This document shows, in pieces, positions 8,312 through 17,548 of a DNA stretch of 64,000 nt. Position 1 is the stretch's first letter. Each line of letters begins with the position of its first letter. Made by a program: the position numbers and the translations under genes. The notes under the pieces were generated by a model. The model did no database searches. It was given only the letters and a program-made list of their open reading frames with translations, and was not told the DNA's origin. This DNA comes from an uncultured Dehalococcoidaceae bacterium (lineage in GTDB: Bacteria > Chloroflexota > Dehalococcoidia > Dehalococcoidales > RBG-16-60-22), in assembly GCA_964500415.1 (NCBI GenBank), contig CAZCOB010000007.1, forward strand, positions 10,934-74,933. The letters run 5' to 3'.

Positions 8312-9781
8312 CTAGACGAGTGCACCTCCCTCCGGTGATACACCATTCGGGTCAAGTGCTTTCGTGAGCTTCCTCCACCATAAATGGTAATTTAATAAAG
8401 CCGGTCCGATTTCATCTTGCGGGCCCATTGTCGATGCGAAGTAGCGTTCCTTAAAAGCCCTCATACTTTGCTCTTTTTGCCATCCTTCTACGGCTGCCTT
8501 GGCTTCAGGGTTGGCAGGATCGAATTTGCAGAATATCTCCGTTTTACCGAGATGCCCCTGTTCAACTCCCCATCCAAAAAAGGCTCCGCCGTCATCCACT
8601 ATATAACCGTCTTTTATCAAAGGCTCCTTCGCTTTGCCGGCTCCTATCGCCCACTTGATGGTCAGGTCTCTCTGGCCCATGATGGGAATGGAATTGAAGG
8701 CTCCGCCGTTACGGAATGTCTCCCTGATAGAGGCAGAGATTCTGGTGCATTGGCACATCAGAATTCCTTCTATCTTGGGGTCTTCGACCGCTTTTAGAGA
8801 CTTCCCGTCAGCTTCACTGACGATCTTCTCCAATACCCGCTTCTTATATTCGAAGTCTGACGGAGAGTCGCCGGCTATGATTACAAAGAAGCCGGGCCCT
8901 TGCACTTCACTATTGAGGCGGTTGAAGGTCTCTTCTTCTTCTTCATTGCATGTCGTGATATTCGCGGCCACCATTGACACATTAAAACCCATCAGCTCGA
9001 ACGCTATTTCGCTTTCACCTATCTTGAGCTCCGCCTGCCACATTTTCTCTACTGACGGGAAGCTGAAATATCGCGCCATCATGTTCGGCGGTATCTCGCT
9101 CAGGGAGTAATGCGGTGATATCCCCTCGATCGGGTACACAGAAGGACCTGGCCAGTGATAAAGCTTTATCGCAGCTTTCGTAAATACACCCGGTGTTACG
9201 CCTGGCGGCACAGCACTGGTAAGTATGCTCCTTAGAGACGGACCCGGCCCGTCGCCGCAGAACCACTCATCCGAAGACCCCAGCGCACCTGACCTGACTA
9301 TGTTCCCTTCAGGAGTTATCCATTCTATAGCCAGATGGTTTCGGTCATCGCCACTTGTGGTTTGATCCATATGTCCGTGACCCCTGAGCATCGCCGAGCA
9401 GTTAGTCCCGGCCCCCTTTATGCAAAAGTTCAAGCCCCTCTTGAAGAGCTCGGCCTGTAACTCTGACGAGATCACATACGGCTCAACCACGGCATACATG
9501 TTTTTCTCGTTGATTTCAATGATGTGGTTCATCCTTCTCAGGTCTAATAAGATAATATCCTTGGGGAAACCTCCCGTCCAGCCTGTACATATGGGTCTGA
9601 ATTGTAACTTGTGTTTGTTACATAGCTTAACTATCGCTTGAACTTCCGCTGTGTTCCCTGGAAGAATTACAGCCGCGAACTCAACCGAGAAATACGCAGG
9701 CATTATTGCCGGGTCATCACAGATATTCTCCTCTCCCACCACATCTTCGAATTCCTTATATACTTCTTTGCTTAAAGCCAT
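8312..9781 (-). CDS. FAD-binding (PCMH-type) oxidase, GlcE-like subunit
   Basis: 489-aa ORF. Pattern ILPGNTAEVQAIVKLCNKHKLQFRPICTGWTGG...LLDLRRMNHIIEINEKNMYAVVEPYV. Paralog of 45180..46736. Last gene of the operon 12585->8312. Confidence 0.7.
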   Translation of the reverse strand: MALSKEVYKEFEDVVGEENICDDPAIMPAYFSVEFAAVILPGNTAEVQAIVKLCNKHKLQFRPICTGWTGGFPKDIILLDLRRMNHIIEINEKNMYAVVEPYVISSELQAELFKRGLNFCIKGAGTNCSAMLRGHGHMDQTTSGDDRNHLAIEWITPEGNIVRSGALGSSDEWFCGDGPGPSLRSILTSAVPPGVTPGVFTKAAIKLYHWPGPSVYPIEGISPHYSLSEIPPNMMARYFSFPSVEKMWQAELKIGESEIAFELMGFNVSMVAANITTCNEEEEETFNRLNSEVQGPGFFVIIAGDSPSDFEYKKRVLEKIVSEADGKSLKAVEDPKIEGILMCQCTRISASIRETFRNGGAFNSIPIMGQRDLTIKWAIGAGKAKEPLIKDGYIVDDGGAFFGWGVEQGHLGKTEIFCKFDPANPEAKAAVEGWQKEQSMRAFKERYFASTMGPQDEIGPALLNYHLWWRKLTKALDPNGVSPEGGALV

Positions 9782-9800
9782 GATTCATTAACCCCCTTTC

Positions 9801-11066
9801 TTAGATTGCCTTTTCCACGAGTTCAACGATATCGTACACCTTCAGGCTGCTGCCGCTTTCTTTGATTGCTTCGTTAAAGGTCTTCTCACATAAGGGACAA
9901 GCGGTAACAATCGCCTCGGCGCCGGTAGATACGGCTTCCTCTATTCTCTTTTGGGCGGTCCATCTGGCAAACCCGGGATTCGACTCATTGACACCGCCAC
10001 CGGCCCCGCAGCACCAGGAGTATTCCTTAATCCTGGTCATTTCCGTGAGTTTTACACCGGGAACGCTCTCGATAACATCCCGGGGCGGTTCGTAAACACC
10101 GTTAGTGCCGCGCCTGTATGGCTTTGGCGGGTCGAAAACAAACCTGTCCCCCGGTATCTTTTTCCCTTTCCAGTGTATCCATGGCTCACCCAGCCTGCCG
10201 AGACGGCACGGGTCATGGTAAGTGACCGAGATGTCGGCTTTCTTACGCGGCTTCAGCTTACCGTCTTTTATCAGTTTGTCGATGTATTCCGAGATATGCA
10301 GCACTACGAGGTCACCCTTAAGGTCAAATCTATCGTAGAGCACCTTGAAGGCCTGGTAGCCATCGGCACAGCCCGTAACGACGGTCTTGATGCCGGCCTT
10401 CTTAATCATGGCCATGTTCTTCTTCGCCTGGTTGAGGAAGTCTTCCTTGTAGCCCATCTGGTAGGCGCGGCCGCCGCAGCACGTCTCGGCGTTACCGGCG
10501 ATGCCGAAATTGACGCCGGCTTTTTGAAGTATCTTCACGGTAGCTTTGGCCAGCTTCTGCATGTCCTTATCGTAGCTCGTGAGACAGCCGACGTGATAGA
10601 GAACGTCCACCTTCTCCTTGGTGGCGTCCTTCAGATTCAGGCCTGCCGCCCAGTCGCCGCGCTTGCCCTTGGCGGGTACCATCGAGCCCTGCTTGCGGAG
10701 ACCGGAGATTACCTTGTCCAGAGCTGGATTGGTCTTACCGTCCTCGACACACTTGAGCCTGAATTCACTGATGGGCTCGAGTACTTCCATGTCCATGGCG
10801 TAATTACATGAGACACCACAGGCGCCGCACATCTGGCAGTTATAAACTATATCAAGGAGCTTATCCGTGTAGTTGAATCCGTTCTTCAACATCGCTGCTG
10901 CGATATTTAATCTTCCGCCGGCGGAGTAGGCGTGAAAATTATATTTCGCTATGCTGGGACACGCGTATGAATACTCAGATCCCTTCACTTTTTGCATGGG
11001 TATAAATTTGCAGGCCGAACACCGGCAGCACATCCCCATATCGCCCTGGTAATCTTCTAGTGCCAT
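9801..11066 (-). CDS. GlcF-like (Fe-S, CCG-domain) oxidoreductase subunit, intact copy
   Basis: 421-aa ORF with Cys clusters (CCRCSACKF..., CQMCGACGVSC) and two CCG motifs (ETCCGGRAY, WCCGAGGG). Serves as the reference for the frameshifted copy at 3910..5177. Confidence 0.8.
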   Translation of the reverse strand: MALEDYQGDMGMCCRCSACKFIPMQKVKGSEYSYACPSIAKYNFHAYSAGGRLNIAAAMLKNGFNYTDKLLDIVYNCQMCGACGVSCNYAMDMEVLEPISEFRLKCVEDGKTNPALDKVISGLRKQGSMVPAKGKRGDWAAGLNLKDATKEKVDVLYHVGCLTSYDKDMQKLAKATVKILQKAGVNFGIAGNAETCCGGRAYQMGYKEDFLNQAKKNMAMIKKAGIKTVVTGCADGYQAFKVLYDRFDLKGDLVVLHISEYIDKLIKDGKLKPRKKADISVTYHDPCRLGRLGEPWIHWKGKKIPGDRFVFDPPKPYRRGTNGVYEPPRDVIESVPGVKLTEMTRIKEYSWCCGAGGGVNESNPGFARWTAQKRIEEAVSTGAEAIVTACPLCEKTFNEAIKESGSSLKVYDIVELVEKAI

Positions 11067-11118
11067 CTTCGCTCCCTCCTGAATTTATTCAATGATGAGT
11101 TCCTATTCTCTACATCCA

Positions 11119-12585
11119 TTAAAAGCACACTTTCCCCGGATTCATAACATTGTTTGGGTCAAAAATATTCTTAAGCTTATTTAACACGGCAACGGTGGCC
11201 GCGTCTCTATTAAAAACCATCCCTGCACTTTCACCATAAGGCCTTGAGAAGAACGCACCATTAGCCATTAAGTTCTTGATGGCTGAGGCAGATAACTCCC
11301 TGACTCGATTTCGCTCGCTCGGGTTTGCGGGGTCATAAAACAGATTAAACTCACAGTGATAGCCAGTGCCCTGTACTATCGGCTGGATGTAAACACCCAT
11401 GTCTGCAGCAGGGTAGCCGGCTTTTTCAGCCAGGTCATTCATGACCCCGATTTGACCTTCGAGCTTATCATAGATGGTCAGAAAGAGGATATCCTCGCAG
11501 GCCCCTTTATAGCGGAGCTTCCAATAGGGCTCCCCGGAAGGCCGCTGGACCACTTTTAATATTTCATTGGCGGAAACTCCACCGGCTGCTTTTACGGCTT
11601 CAATCCCCAATCGCTGGGTTAGATCGGTGATGCCTTTAATATGAGAACTAATCCTTTCCTCCGGCAAAAATTCGTAGCCGGCCACGTTATAGAAAAGAGT
11701 CCAGGTGGGTAGAGTATCCTTAAGGCTCTGATAGTCCTTGGGCCATTTCTTCGCAAAGATAGCCGCCAGGTTGGTATTATTGAGAATAAAGCATTCGTTG
11801 ACCATTCTCAGTCTTATCAGCCAGGAAGCCATCTCGAGCAGCGTATCGAGGTTGGAGGAGCCAACCACGAAGGGCTCTTCAAGACTGGGGAGTATTTCAC
11901 ACCTCATTGATGCCCACGTTACGATGCCTATGGTTCCCTGCGACCCCTGGATAAGCCTGTGCCAGGAAGCTATACCAGGCCCGTAGGGCGCTTTTTGCAC
12001 GCCCCCGACTGCCCACTGCTCCTTGACCGTACCCGGTCCGGCCGCCTGCCCGGTTCTAAACTCATCGCCGCACCCAAAGATTACCTCAACACAGGCCAGC
12101 GGGTCCGATATGTCCCATTGATACTTGGGCATTATTACCGGTTCTCTCTCCAGCAGGCTGCCGATAACGGTCTTCGACTTTCGCGGCAACAGCGGTATAT
12201 TGAGCCTGATGCCCTCCTTTTCCGCCGCCGGTATGAGTTCGCCGAAGGTCACGCCCGGCTCGACCATGGCAACCCTGCGCGCCCGGTCGACATTGATGAT
12301 CTTTTTCATACCGCTTAAATCCACGATAACGGCCCCTCCGATGCCGGGAACGGTATCACCCCTGAAGTGGGGAGGGCCTGAGCTTACTGGCACCAGCGGC
12401 GTTAGAGTCTCGTTGGCAAGTTTTACTATCTTCTGTATGTCACCGGCATTTCTCGGCTTTACGACACATACAGGCCTGATCGTATTGACGAAGCTCATGT
12501 CTTTTGAGTATCCGTCCAGAGTCGCTTGTTCATAGCTTACATTTCCGGCTCCAACAGCCTTTACCAGTTTCTCTTTTACAATCAT
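11119..12585 (-). CDS. FAD-binding (PCMH-type) oxidase, GlcD-like subunit
   Basis: 488-aa ORF, full-length paralog of 2404..3870 with the same length and the same C-terminal FDPNN(I/V)MNPGK(L/V)CF. Confidence 0.8.
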   Translation of the reverse strand: MIVKEKLVKAVGAGNVSYEQATLDGYSKDMSFVNTIRPVCVVKPRNAGDIQKIVKLANETLTPLVPVSSGPPHFRGDTVPGIGGAVIVDLSGMKKIINVDRARRVAMVEPGVTFGELIPAAEKEGIRLNIPLLPRKSKTVIGSLLEREPVIMPKYQWDISDPLACVEVIFGCGDEFRTGQAAGPGTVKEQWAVGGVQKAPYGPGIASWHRLIQGSQGTIGIVTWASMRCEILPSLEEPFVVGSSNLDTLLEMASWLIRLRMVNECFILNNTNLAAIFAKKWPKDYQSLKDTLPTWTLFYNVAGYEFLPEERISSHIKGITDLTQRLGIEAVKAAGGVSANEILKVVQRPSGEPYWKLRYKGACEDILFLTIYDKLEGQIGVMNDLAEKAGYPAADMGVYIQPIVQGTGYHCEFNLFYDPANPSERNRVRELSASAIKNLMANGAFFSRPYGESAGMVFNRDAATVAVLNKLKNIFDPNNVMNPGKVCF

Positions 12586-12957
12586 TCTTACCCCCTTTCG
12601 CTTTTGATATGATTAAATAATAAAAACAAAAAATGCTTGTGCCATGCGGACCCAGGTTGTGTTGAAAAGCTGGATATTTTCAGCCGACTAAATAATTATT
12701 TCCTTTGAGATAGTAGTTTACTTTGTGTCTCCTTGTCAAGTTAATTTACGCTCCGGAGTTTTTTATCCGGGAGCACTCGCATAACCGGTGCTAGAGCCGG
12801 CCTCTGAGCTGTGGTATGAAACGGAATCATAAATAGCAGAAGGTGGCCATAAGTCTTGGACCCACAACCGCCGCCGGATGTTTACTTAATGAATATCTCA
12901 ATAATGGTGCTGTTTACAGTGAAATTTAGGTTATTCGTCAGGGTTTCAGCTACGAAG

Positions 12958-13030
12958 TGAGCCGCGGAGGACTCGAACCTCCAACCGGATGATTAAGAGT
13001 CATCTGCTCTACCAATTGAGCTAGCGGCCC
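12958..13030 (-). tRNA. tRNA-Lys (anticodon CTT)
   Basis: The minus strand folds as a 73-nt cloverleaf: GGGCCGC TA GCTC AATTGGTA GAGC A GATGA CTCTTAA TCATC CGGTT GGAGG TTCGAGT CCTCC GCGGCTC A. CCA is not encoded. D and T loops look bacterial in style. Confidence 0.9.
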
Positions 13031-13226
13031 GTTATCTAATTACCGTCCATCATTTTATCACCATGAGATATATCGTGGCAAGCGGATTGAAGCTGCATGT
13101 CATGGCAGGGCGACTATAAAAAAAAGCCCTCACCGCTTCTTCATGTGTGAGAGCTTTATTAATAGTCTTAACAAAATTGACTGTTTTGTTTTTCCGGAGA
13201 TATTTTGGGTTAGAGCTTATAAAGTG

Positions 13227-13445
13227 TTAGTTTTGTATATGCTCCGTAAGTTTAACCACGTCTACCGGCGCCAGCACATTGCCGTCAGTCGTCATGATAT
13301 CTCTGGCATTTATAAGATTGGTGTCAGGGTGTGCCAGGCGGAACTTCTTCATAACCTCATCGTGTTTCTGAAAAGACTCCTCCTCGTCCTTGGCCGGGCT
13401 CGTTGTTTCTTTATTTATTTTCTTCCGTATCCACAGTATAATCAT
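13227..13445 (-). CDS. Small hypothetical protein (72 aa)
   Basis: GGAGGT RBS 6 nt upstream of the ATG at 13445. No recognisable motif. The opposite-strand ORF 13143..13472 lacks an RBS. Confidence 0.45.
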   Translation of the reverse strand: MIILWIRKKINKETTSPAKDEEESFQKHDEVMKKFRLAHPDTNLINARDIMTTDGNVLAPVDVVKLTEHIQN

Positions 13446-13538
13446 TCTTTACCTCCCGCGGCGATTCATTAATGTTTTATCAGATTCCTTACAATCCGTG
13501 TATTTTTATACAGGTCAAGTGATAATCTCCCTGCTAAT

Positions 13539-14054
13539 TCAGCTTACCGTCATATAGAACCTGGGTGAGGCGGCATCTTTATCGGCGCCGATGCTGTGGC
13601 AGTAAAAACAGCCTTTATCGACGGTTATTCTATAATTGGCGCACCCCGGCAGCTCGAAACTCACCTCACCGTTATGCAGAGTTACGTAGTTATCCCGCGG
13701 CGTTTCGCCTTCGTTTTGGATTACTTTCTCCCAGGTATCGACATCAGTCTGGACGTATACGCCTATGTTGAGAGTCATATAACGGTAATGATGGATAAGT
13801 TCATCGGTGTTGGTGATGTACAGGGTATAAAGCGTATCGGCATTACTCTGTGAAGAATCGATATAGAAGAGGTCGCCCGGTGTAATGCCGCCTATAGCAT
13901 TCCCATAAGCATTAATCCTGGGCGCTGCAGATGATTCGGCAGGCTCTATGTTCATGGGGGCGTTATTTGCCATGGCTCCGTCATAGGCGTAAGCCACCGG
14001 CCAGGGGGAGAGGAGTAAAGCCGCAATCAGGGGAAAAAGTAGTTTCCTTTTCAT
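13539..14054 (-). CDS. Secreted hypothetical protein (signal peptide)
   Basis: 171-aa ORF with an N-terminal signal-like sequence MKRKLLFPLIAALLLSPWPVAYA/YDG. No family recognised. Confidence 0.55.
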   Translation of the reverse strand: MKRKLLFPLIAALLLSPWPVAYAYDGAMANNAPMNIEPAESSAAPRINAYGNAIGGITPGDLFYIDSSQSNADTLYTLYITNTDELIHHYRYMTLNIGVYVQTDVDTWEKVIQNEGETPRDNYVTLHNGEVSFELPGCANYRITVDKGCFYCHSIGADKDAASPRFYMTVS

Positions 14055-14211
14055 TTCATCAGGCCTTATAATTTGGTTCTGTAACCCGGAGCTGCCGCGT
14101 ATCTGGGTTTTCTCTCTTGGTATCAGCTTATCGCGGGAATGAGAAATAAATCATAAATAGGTGGGTAGAAGCTATAAACAATGCATAAATCTTTTCAGGT
14201 GATAAATAGTC

Positions 14212-14252
14212 GTTGAAAATAGAAAGGGCCTAGCATTTTATCGGCTAAGCCC
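14212..14252 (-). terminator. Rho-independent terminator after the single-domain receiver gene
   Basis: Stem GGGCCTAGC (14226..14234) / GCTAAGCCC (14244..14252) with one mismatch. On the minus strand it is followed by tttctatttt. Confidence 0.5.
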
Positions 14253-14315
14253 TGCCCGCTACGGGTGCGTTACCAAGCTGGGGAACAGCTTATCTTTGTA
14301 TATATTTCAGTATCT

Positions 14316-14735
14316 TCAGCGTTTTCCGGTACGTGTATTGGAAAACGGGTCGAGCATTACGGTGGCATTCCGCTTCAGGGTCTCTTCTATCCGTGATTTT
14401 AATAAATCGACTCCAAAAGGCTCGGTTAGATAGCTATCGGAACCCAGGTTCAGGCCCCTGACCGTGTTGTCGCCGGTGCCCCAGGTACTGAGCATCACGA
14501 TGGGGACAAGCGTCCATTGGCGGAGTTGCAGGCATATGCCGATTCCATCCAGCGTGGGCATCATGATATCGAGAATGATTAATTCCGGGTCTTCGTTTTC
14601 GATTATATCCTCGAGGTGGATTCCGGTATGACGGGTGCTTATTATCTCATATCGACCGTCATTCAGTCCTTGCTGCAAAAAACTCACCAGTACCGGGTCG
14701 GTGCTGATAGTAAGAATTTTAGTTTTTGCCAGCAT
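14316..14735 (-). CDS. Single-domain response-regulator receiver (REC) protein with degenerate active-site residues
   Basis: 139-aa ORF. REC fold pattern ILTISTDP...LIILDIMMPTLDG...IVMLST...SYLTEPF. The phospho-Asp position is retained, but the acidic pair is S-T and the conserved Lys is E. Confidence 0.7.
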   Translation of the reverse strand: MLAKTKILTISTDPVLVSFLQQGLNDGRYEIISTRHTGIHLEDIIENEDPELIILDIMMPTLDGIGICLQLRQWTLVPIVMLSTWGTGDNTVRGLNLGSDSYLTEPFGVDLLKSRIEETLKRNATVMLDPFSNTRTGKR

Positions 14736-14984
14736 GTTAGCCTCCTTGGAGTTATTGTTTGATTTTCTGGTATAAGACTAACATCGCGGCGATAAACAGG
14801 GCATAAACGGCCGCAGGCATAAGATAAATATCTCATTAATGATTTGGTGGTGTAGGGGAGACAGGTGTAACTAACGTTAATGGCGTAAATATGGTTGACA
14901 TAAAGCTGGTTTCTAAGCAACCGGCAACCATAAATAAAGGGTGTTTCTTTAGTAAGTTAATGGTTGCCTTTAGCGATTGCTACC

Positions 14985-15422
14985 TTAGCCTTTTTTATCG
15001 TAGACGCTTTGAGGGCCGGTGCTGAAATAAAAAATAGGCCGGTCTACCCGGTGGAAAATTATAGGACAGTGCATCAGTCCTGCTGGAATAAAGACGGCGC
15101 TGCTCTTGGTAATGATATGCTTTTCATCGCCAAGATGTATTTCCACCTCTCCGCATAAATCGTGCGGGTCTTCCGGGTTGCTCCCGAAGAATCCGATGTA
15201 TTCATCCCAGTCGTGGGAGTGGCTGCCGGCCGGACTGCCCCTGCCGGAGGCTTTCCATATCAGGGCGCAGTTTAGGTAAAAAGCCCCTTTAATAACTTCG
15301 TCATCTACAACGACGACGACTTCTCCGCTACGTTCTCCCTCGGATGGCTGGGGAGGTGGTGTTTTAGGCGGCTTTACTTTGGATATAATGTATTTTCCAT
15401 ATTTAGTTTCCGCCATTTTCAC
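14985..15422 (-). CDS. Cupin-domain protein, KYG-motif family, type A
   Basis: 145 aa. N-terminus MAETKYGKYI. Cupin motif 1 SHSHDWDEYIGFFG and motif 2 IPAGLMHCP. Paralog of 15904..16377. Confidence 0.7.
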   Translation of the reverse strand: MKMAETKYGKYIISKVKPPKTPPPQPSEGERSGEVVVVVDDEVIKGAFYLNCALIWKASGRGSPAGSHSHDWDEYIGFFGSNPEDPHDLCGEVEIHLGDEKHIITKSSAVFIPAGLMHCPIIFHRVDRPIFYFSTGPQSVYDKKG

Positions 15423-15439
15423 GTACGCTCCTTACTGTT

Positions 15440-15853
15440 TCATTTATTCAGTTTTTCCTGATGGTATCGACGTGTCAGCATTACTTCCAGGAAGATAACG
15501 GGTTTGGGGATTTTCTTGAAGTTCAGCGGGCCGTGGGGCAATCCTTTGGCAACAGAGACGATGGCAGGGGAGTCGATAATGTGTTTTTCCTGTTCCTCGC
15601 CCAGGCATATCTCGATTACCGCCCCGCCGAAATCGTGCACATCCATCGGATTGGTTCCCAGAAAGCAAAGCAGCTGTACGAAGTCGCTGTGAGAGTGTGG
15701 CTCCTTCAGTACCATCTCCGGTTTGGTGAAAACATGGTGGGTGATAATGCAATCGGCATCCATCTCGTCGCCGCTGGCCGATAGCCCCTCCATCTGGTGG
15801 TGTTTCTTAAACGCGTTTCGAAGGATATGTTTCCCGTATTTGGTCTCTGCCAT
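15440..15853 (-). CDS. Cupin-domain protein, KYG-motif family, type B
   Basis: The track ORF extends to 16195. However, the internal ATG at 15853 has a GAGGAGGG RBS and yields the family N-terminus MAETKYGKHI. Motifs PHSHSDFVQLLCFLG and AKGLPHGP. Confidence 0.7.
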   Translation of the reverse strand: MAETKYGKHILRNAFKKHHQMEGLSASGDEMDADCIITHHVFTKPEMVLKEPHSHSDFVQLLCFLGTNPMDVHDFGGAVIEICLGEEQEKHIIDSPAIVSVAKGLPHGPLNFKKIPKPVIFLEVMLTRRYHQEKLNK

Positions 15854-15903
15854 ATTATTAAACCCTCCTCGCAATGGTTTTGTAATGTAAAAGCAAATAA
15901 TAT

Positions 15904-16377
15904 CTAAAACTCGTTTCCGGATGTACGGGTATACATCGTCCCGTTTCCCGCCGTCCAGAAGAAAATAGGGTAGTCGATTCTCCTGATATAAAGAGGCAGA
16001 TGCTTCATCCCCTTGGGTACATAAATCAGGCAGCTCTTGGTAAGGATGAATTTCTCGTCTTCCAGCCAGAACTCGAGTTCGCCTCCCAGTTCCCGGGGCT
16101 TGCCCGGCACCGTACCCACAAATCCCAGTGTCTCGTCGAAGTCGTGCGTGTGGGCTATCTCTATCTCCAGGTCTCCGGTGCCGTGCTTTTTCCACAGCCA
16201 GACGCAGTTGGTATAAAAAGCGCCTTCGACCACGCTATCATCCAGCGCGAACATCCAGGTGGAATCGAAATAGTTACCTTTTTCTCTCTGCTCCTGTATT
16301 CGCTTCGGTATGGGAAAGGGTTTCTCCGGCGGCTTGACGTCGGTAAAGATGTACTTCGCATATTTGTATTCTGTCAA
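15904..16377 (-). CDS. Cupin-domain protein, KYG-motif family, type A
   Basis: 157 aa. N-terminus MTEYKYAKYI. Motifs AHTHDFDETLGFVG and VPKGMKHLP. Confidence 0.7.
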   Translation of the reverse strand: MTEYKYAKYIFTDVKPPEKPFPIPKRIQEQREKGNYFDSTWMFALDDSVVEGAFYTNCVWLWKKHGTGDLEIEIAHTHDFDETLGFVGTVPGKPRELGGELEFWLEDEKFILTKSCLIYVPKGMKHLPLYIRRIDYPIFFWTAGNGTMYTRTSGNEF

Positions 16378-16398
16378 GTGCTTTTCTCCTTATTTTGA

Positions 16399-16824
16399 TT
16401 ATTTTTTGTCTGGTTTTTTCTTCGGCGGCCGCCGGGGCGGTTTCCAGATGCGGGTAAGCGATATTTCCAGGAATACGAGCGGTTTTTCCACTTTTTTAAA
16501 AACTATCGGACAGTGCTTTACCCCGGAGGGAATGGAAACGACGGCGGTGGAGGTGATGGTATGTTTCTCGCCCCCCAGCGTGAAGTCTATCTCCGCGCCG
16601 AAGTCGGTAACATCTTCCGGGTTGCCCCCGATGAAGCAGAGCATTTCCGGGAACTTGTGGGAGTGGGGATGGTCGAAGGACATAGGTTTGGTGATACAGT
16701 GGTACCCGATGCTGCAGTCCGCATCCAGTTCGCCGTTGTGCGCCAGGACCGATTTACCGGTGTAGTGAGGTATATCTATGATAAGTCCGGTTTTGATGCA
16801 TTTCCCGTATTTTGATTCGGCCAT
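16399..16824 (-). CDS. Cupin-domain protein, KYG-motif family, type B
   Basis: 141 aa. N-terminus MAESKYGKCI. Motifs PHSHKFPEMLCFIG and IPSGVKHCP. Basic C-terminal tail PPRRPPKKKPDKK. Confidence 0.7.
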   Translation of the reverse strand: MAESKYGKCIKTGLIIDIPHYTGKSVLAHNGELDADCSIGYHCITKPMSFDHPHSHKFPEMLCFIGGNPEDVTDFGAEIDFTLGGEKHTITSTAVVSIPSGVKHCPIVFKKVEKPLVFLEISLTRIWKPPRRPPKKKPDKK

Positions 16825-16833
16825 TTTCTCTCC

Positions 16834-17529
16834 CTATCTTTTACCTTTCTTTTTTTTCATTAACCTTGCGTTCTTTTCACTATCGGAAGTCGGCCTACCG
16901 GTGACGGGGTGGTTGTAGTGGAAGGGGAAAATATAGCCGGACATGAACCGTGGGTCGTCAGGCGTGGGCGGAATATCCGGGTCGGGCGCTTTAAAGCCCA
17001 TGATAGACTTGCCAATCATTTCCGATGTTCCCCATGATTCCTCGGGGACCCTGACGTTATAGGGGATAATCCACCTTACCGTCAGGAACTTCCAGGCGCC
17101 GTTTTCCTTGATGTATTCGATTTCATAGATGCCGCCGACCAGCGAGCCGCGGAGCTTGCCCTCCTTGTCAGGCACACAAACGCCCCCGAAGGCGTACCAG
17201 CGGCCTTTAGCCCTCCTGCCATCGGGCTCAACGTCAACGACGCCGGCAATCGGCATTACCTGGTGCAGGAAGCCGGGCGGCGGCTCCGGCCGGTCAGAGC
17301 CGACCCCGAAATAACGTTTCACGCCTTCCTTGCCGAGCCAGGTTCCCTCCAGCCAGTATAGAGCGACATCCGGGTGGTCGGCGAAACAGTCGTATATCTC
17401 GTCACGCATCATGTGCTGGACGTAGTAGCTGTATACCCTTTGCAGCCTCTTGACCTCGTTGATGTCATCCAGGATACCGACCTTCTTTTCCAGGGCTTTA
17501 AGCCGTGCTTCCATCTCTTCTACATTCAT
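16834..17529 (-). CDS. NTF2-like / SnoaL-like fold protein
   Basis: 231-aa ORF. The N-terminal pattern (LDDINEVKRLQRVYSYYVQHMMRDEIYDCFADHPDVALYW) is typical of SnoaL_4/NTF2-like proteins. First gene of the operon containing the four cupins. Confidence 0.5.
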   Translation of the reverse strand: MNVEEMEARLKALEKKVGILDDINEVKRLQRVYSYYVQHMMRDEIYDCFADHPDVALYWLEGTWLGKEGVKRYFGVGSDRPEPPPGFLHQVMPIAGVVDVEPDGRRAKGRWYAFGGVCVPDKEGKLRGSLVGGIYEIEYIKENGAWKFLTVRWIIPYNVRVPEESWGTSEMIGKSIMGFKAPDPDIPPTPDDPRFMSGYIFPFHYNHPVTGRPTSDSEKNARLMKKKKGKR

Positions 17530-17548
17530 GAATAGCTCCTTGTAATTG

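Noticed and set aside
9951-10811. A 286-aa plus-strand ORF antisense to the intact GlcF-like gene, and similar antisense ORFs in other genes (e.g. 35708..36418, 38137..38946, 49587..50327, 45148..45654).
   Set aside because: They lie entirely within genes that have clear family motifs. They show Arg/Gly/His-rich or otherwise atypical composition characteristic of antisense frames in GC-rich coding DNA, and none has an RBS.
15854-16195. N-terminal 114-aa extension of track ORF 15440..16195 (Arg/Gly-rich).
   Set aside because: The extension overlaps the well-supported cupin gene at 15904..16377 in another frame. The internal ATG at 15853 has a GAGGAGGG RBS and gives the family-typical MAETKYGK N-terminus.
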